From the NCBI GenBank assembly GCA_902561095.1, contig CACEOF010000006.1, positions 3,988 through 67,987 on the forward strand: 64,000 bases of DNA, in the 5' to 3' direction. The notes beneath the pieces were generated by a model that did not search any database, was not told the origin of the DNA, and worked only from the letters and a program-made list of their open reading frames with translations. Shown here piece after piece: positions 61,883 through 64,000 of the stretch; position 1 is the first letter of the stretch; each line of letters begins with the position of its first letter. The position numbers and the translations under genes are program-made. This stretch comes from an uncultured Pelagibacteraceae bacterium. GTDB taxonomy: Bacteria; Pseudomonadota; Alphaproteobacteria; Pelagibacterales; Pelagibacteraceae.

Positions 61883-62953
61883 TTATTTAAATAATTTTTT
61901 TATTCCTTCATAAGAAGCTGCGGAAACACCTCTTTCAGTGATTAGTCCAGTTACATATTTAGCAGGTGTTACATCAAAAGCCAAATTCACTGCTTTACTT
62001 TTCTTTGGATAAATCAAAACTTTTTTAACTTCATTGTTTTCATCAACACCCTCGACATGAGATAATTCCTCAGAGTTTCTTTTCTCAATTGGGATATCTT
62101 TTGCATCTTTAATATTCCAATCAATTGTTGAACTTGGTAACGCTACATAAAAAGGAATTTCATTATCATGTGCGGCTAAAGCTTTAAGATAAGTTCCAAT
62201 TTTGTTACACACATCTCCATTAGACAAAGTTCTATCTGTTCCAACAATACACATATCAACTTCGCCTCTTTGCATTAAAATACCTCCAGTATTGTCAGCA
62301 ATAATAGTATTGGGTATTTCTTCTTCATTTAACTCATATGAAGTTAAATTTGCTCCTTGGTTTCTTGGTCTTGTTTCATCAACCCAAACATGAACAGGGA
62401 TTCCTTTTTTATGAGCGTGATAAATTGGTGATGTTGCTGTTCCCCAATTAATTGTTGCTAACCAGCCCGCATTGCAATGAGTTAGAATATTTACAGTACT
62501 TTTTTTCTTATTATAGATTTCCTCAATTATTTTAAATCCATTAATACCTATATTTTCACAAAACTTAACATCTTCATCGCATATTTCTTTAGCTTCCTTT
62601 AAAGCTATATCTAAAATTTGATCGCTATTGATACCAGATAATTTTTTCATCATACGGTCTACTGCCCATTTTAAATTAATTGCAGTTGGTCTTGATTGAA
62701 CTAATTGTTCTGCACTTATTTTAATAAATTCAGGATCATGATTTTCTTGGACCGCCAGAGCTATTCCATAAGCAGCCGTAGCACCAATTAAAGGTGCACC
62801 TCTCACTTCCATAATTTTAATTGAATTGACTACGTCTTTTACTGTTTTAAGTTCTTTTATAATAAATTTATGAGGAAGTTTTGTTTGGTCAATTATTTTA
62901 ACAACATTATTTTCATACCATATTGTTCTGTATTCTTTTCTGTCAATTCTCAT
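61883..62953 (-). CDS. mtnA: 5-methylthioribose-1-phosphate isomerase
   Basis: VRGAP, RPTAINL, THCNAG, ETRP..QG, NKIGTY, FDVTP. Confidence 0.94.
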   Translation of the reverse strand: MRIDRKEYRTIWYENNVVKIIDQTKLPHKFIIKELKTVKDVVNSIKIMEVRGAPLIGATAAYGIALAVQENHDPEFIKISAEQLVQSRPTAINLKWAVDRMMKKLSGINSDQILDIALKEAKEICDEDVKFCENIGINGFKIIEEIYNKKKSTVNILTHCNAGWLATINWGTATSPIYHAHKKGIPVHVWVDETRPRNQGANLTSYELNEEEIPNTIIADNTGGILMQRGEVDMCIVGTDRTLSNGDVCNKIGTYLKALAAHDNEIPFYVALPSSTIDWNIKDAKDIPIEKRNSEELSHVEGVDENNEVKKVLIYPKKSKAVNLAFDVTPAKYVTGLITERGVSAASYEGIKKLFK

Positions 62954-63822
62954 TTACTTAGAGCTCTTCCAGCTACTGTTTTAAGTTTGTCTATTGTTTT
63001 TTTAGTTCTTTTTTTTGGTGCTGTTATTATTGCAACATCTAAACAATTATTCGTTGGATCATTTGGATCAATATGACCTTCAAAATTATCAATTAAATTT
63101 TTAATCATTATTTTGGCTTTTTCAGCATTTCCTAATAAAACTTTAATTACTTGTTGAACATCAACATTTTCATGATCTGGATGCCAACAATCAAAATCGG
63201 TTACCATTGAAACAGATGCATATCTAATTTCAGCTTCTCTTGCCAACTTAGCCTCAGGCATATTTGTCATGCCAATTACGTCCGCTTTCCAGGATCGATA
63301 TAAATTAGACTCAGCTAATGTTGAAAATTGAGGACCCTCCATCACAACATAAGTTCCGTTTCTTTGATAATCTATATTTGATTTTTTTATTGCATCTTCA
63401 CATGCATTCATTAGACCATTAGAAGTTGGATGTGCCATTGAAACATGGGCTACAATTTCATCTTCAAAAAAAGTCTTAATTCTTGAAAAAGTCCTATCAA
63501 TAAATTGATCAACTATTACAAATTTTCCTGGGGGTAAATCTTCCTTTAATGAACCAACAGCAGAAACTGAAACAATATCTGTAACACCTAACTGTTTAAG
63601 TGCATCTATATTAGCCCTAAAATTTATATTAGAAGGAGAAATAAAATGTCCTCTACCATGTCTTGGTAAAAAATATACTTCCTTATTTTTATAATTTGTT
63701 TTTAAAATTTGATCTGAGGGTTTTCCCCACGGTGTATTTACTTCAATTAATTCTCTTTCCTTGAATTCCTCAACATCGTAGAGACCACTCCCACCAATAA
63801 TTGCTAATTTATTTGTTGTCAT
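62950..63822 (-). CDS. mtnP: 5'-methylthioadenosine phosphorylase
   Basis: IIGGSG, PRHG, EGPQFST.AES, GMT, VTDFDCW. Confidence 0.94.
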   Translation of the reverse strand: MTTNKLAIIGGSGLYDVEEFKERELIEVNTPWGKPSDQILKTNYKNKEVYFLPRHGRGHFISPSNINFRANIDALKQLGVTDIVSVSAVGSLKEDLPPGKFVIVDQFIDRTFSRIKTFFEDEIVAHVSMAHPTSNGLMNACEDAIKKSNIDYQRNGTYVVMEGPQFSTLAESNLYRSWKADVIGMTNMPEAKLAREAEIRYASVSMVTDFDCWHPDHENVDVQQVIKVLLGNAEKAKIMIKNLIDNFEGHIDPNDPTNNCLDVAIITAPKKRTKKTIDKLKTVAGRALSK

Positions 63823-63863
63823 AATTTAAAATATATTTATTTATACTTTTATAATTTACTATT

Positions 63864-64000
63864 ATGAATTTAAAAGATTTTATTAGATCTGTTCCAGATT
63901 ACCCTAAAAAAGGTATTTTATTTAGAGACATTACTACACTGATTAAAGATGAAAACGCATTTGCTGAAACCATAAATCAAATAGTTGAAAGATCAAAGAA
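63864..64000 (+). CDS. apt: Adenine phosphoribosyltransferase (3' truncated by window; not in ORF track)
   Basis: [29 protein letters not shown], the canonical APRT N-terminus. Confidence 0.9.
   Translation, partial: MNLKDFIRSVPDYPKKGILFRDITTLIKDENAFAETINQIVERSK

Noticed and set aside
558-63076. Many 60-140 aa antisense or alternate-frame ORFs (e.g. 822-1133, 12519-12947, 14947-15306, 46902-47252, 60693-61049)
   Set aside because: They lie within confidently identified genes, mostly as in-register shadows, and show no family motifs.
1-64000. CRISPR arrays, tRNA/rRNA, IS elements, prophage or defence systems
   Set aside because: No repeat-spacer pattern, no spacer long or GC-rich enough for structural RNAs, and no transposase, integrase or phage proteins among the ORFs.

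Overview
AT-rich (roughly 30% GC by eye), very densely packed bacterial chromosome segment. Gene content and minimal spacers point to a streamlined marine alphaproteobacterium, most likely Pelagibacterales/SAR11 (inference). It carries about 66 CDSs. Housekeeping genes: purBCSQL, rpsD, cysS, nadE, class II DAHP synthase, glmS, nrdAB, rpoZ, dusA, map. Four solute-binding-protein transporters: a sugar ABC with a GH63 hydrolase, a TRAP, a TTT and a polar amino acid ABC. Small-carbon and polyamine/MTA genes: prpBC, malonyl-CoA decarboxylase, a class III CoA-transferase, aldB, a cis-CaaD-like tautomerase, a PrpF-family isomerase, a speD-speE fusion, mtnP, mtnA, an aldolase-SDR fusion and apt. I found no tRNA, rRNA, CRISPR array, integrase or transposase. 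Best leads: (1) a polyamine/MTA cluster in which a class II aldolase-SDR fusion may replace MtnBCD (DHAP-shunt variant); (2) an aldehyde dehydrogenase with an in-frame 64-aa, 50% Lys N-terminal tail, downstream of a tautomerase with all six cis-CaaD catalytic residues; (3) a possible malonate module of TRAP, CoA-transferase and malonyl-CoA decarboxylase; (4) a GC-rich hairpin with a purine-rich loop and U-tract that may be a ~40-nt sRNA or attenuator; (5) hairpins after every solute-binding-protein gene. All function calls come from motif recognition by eye; no database searches were run.
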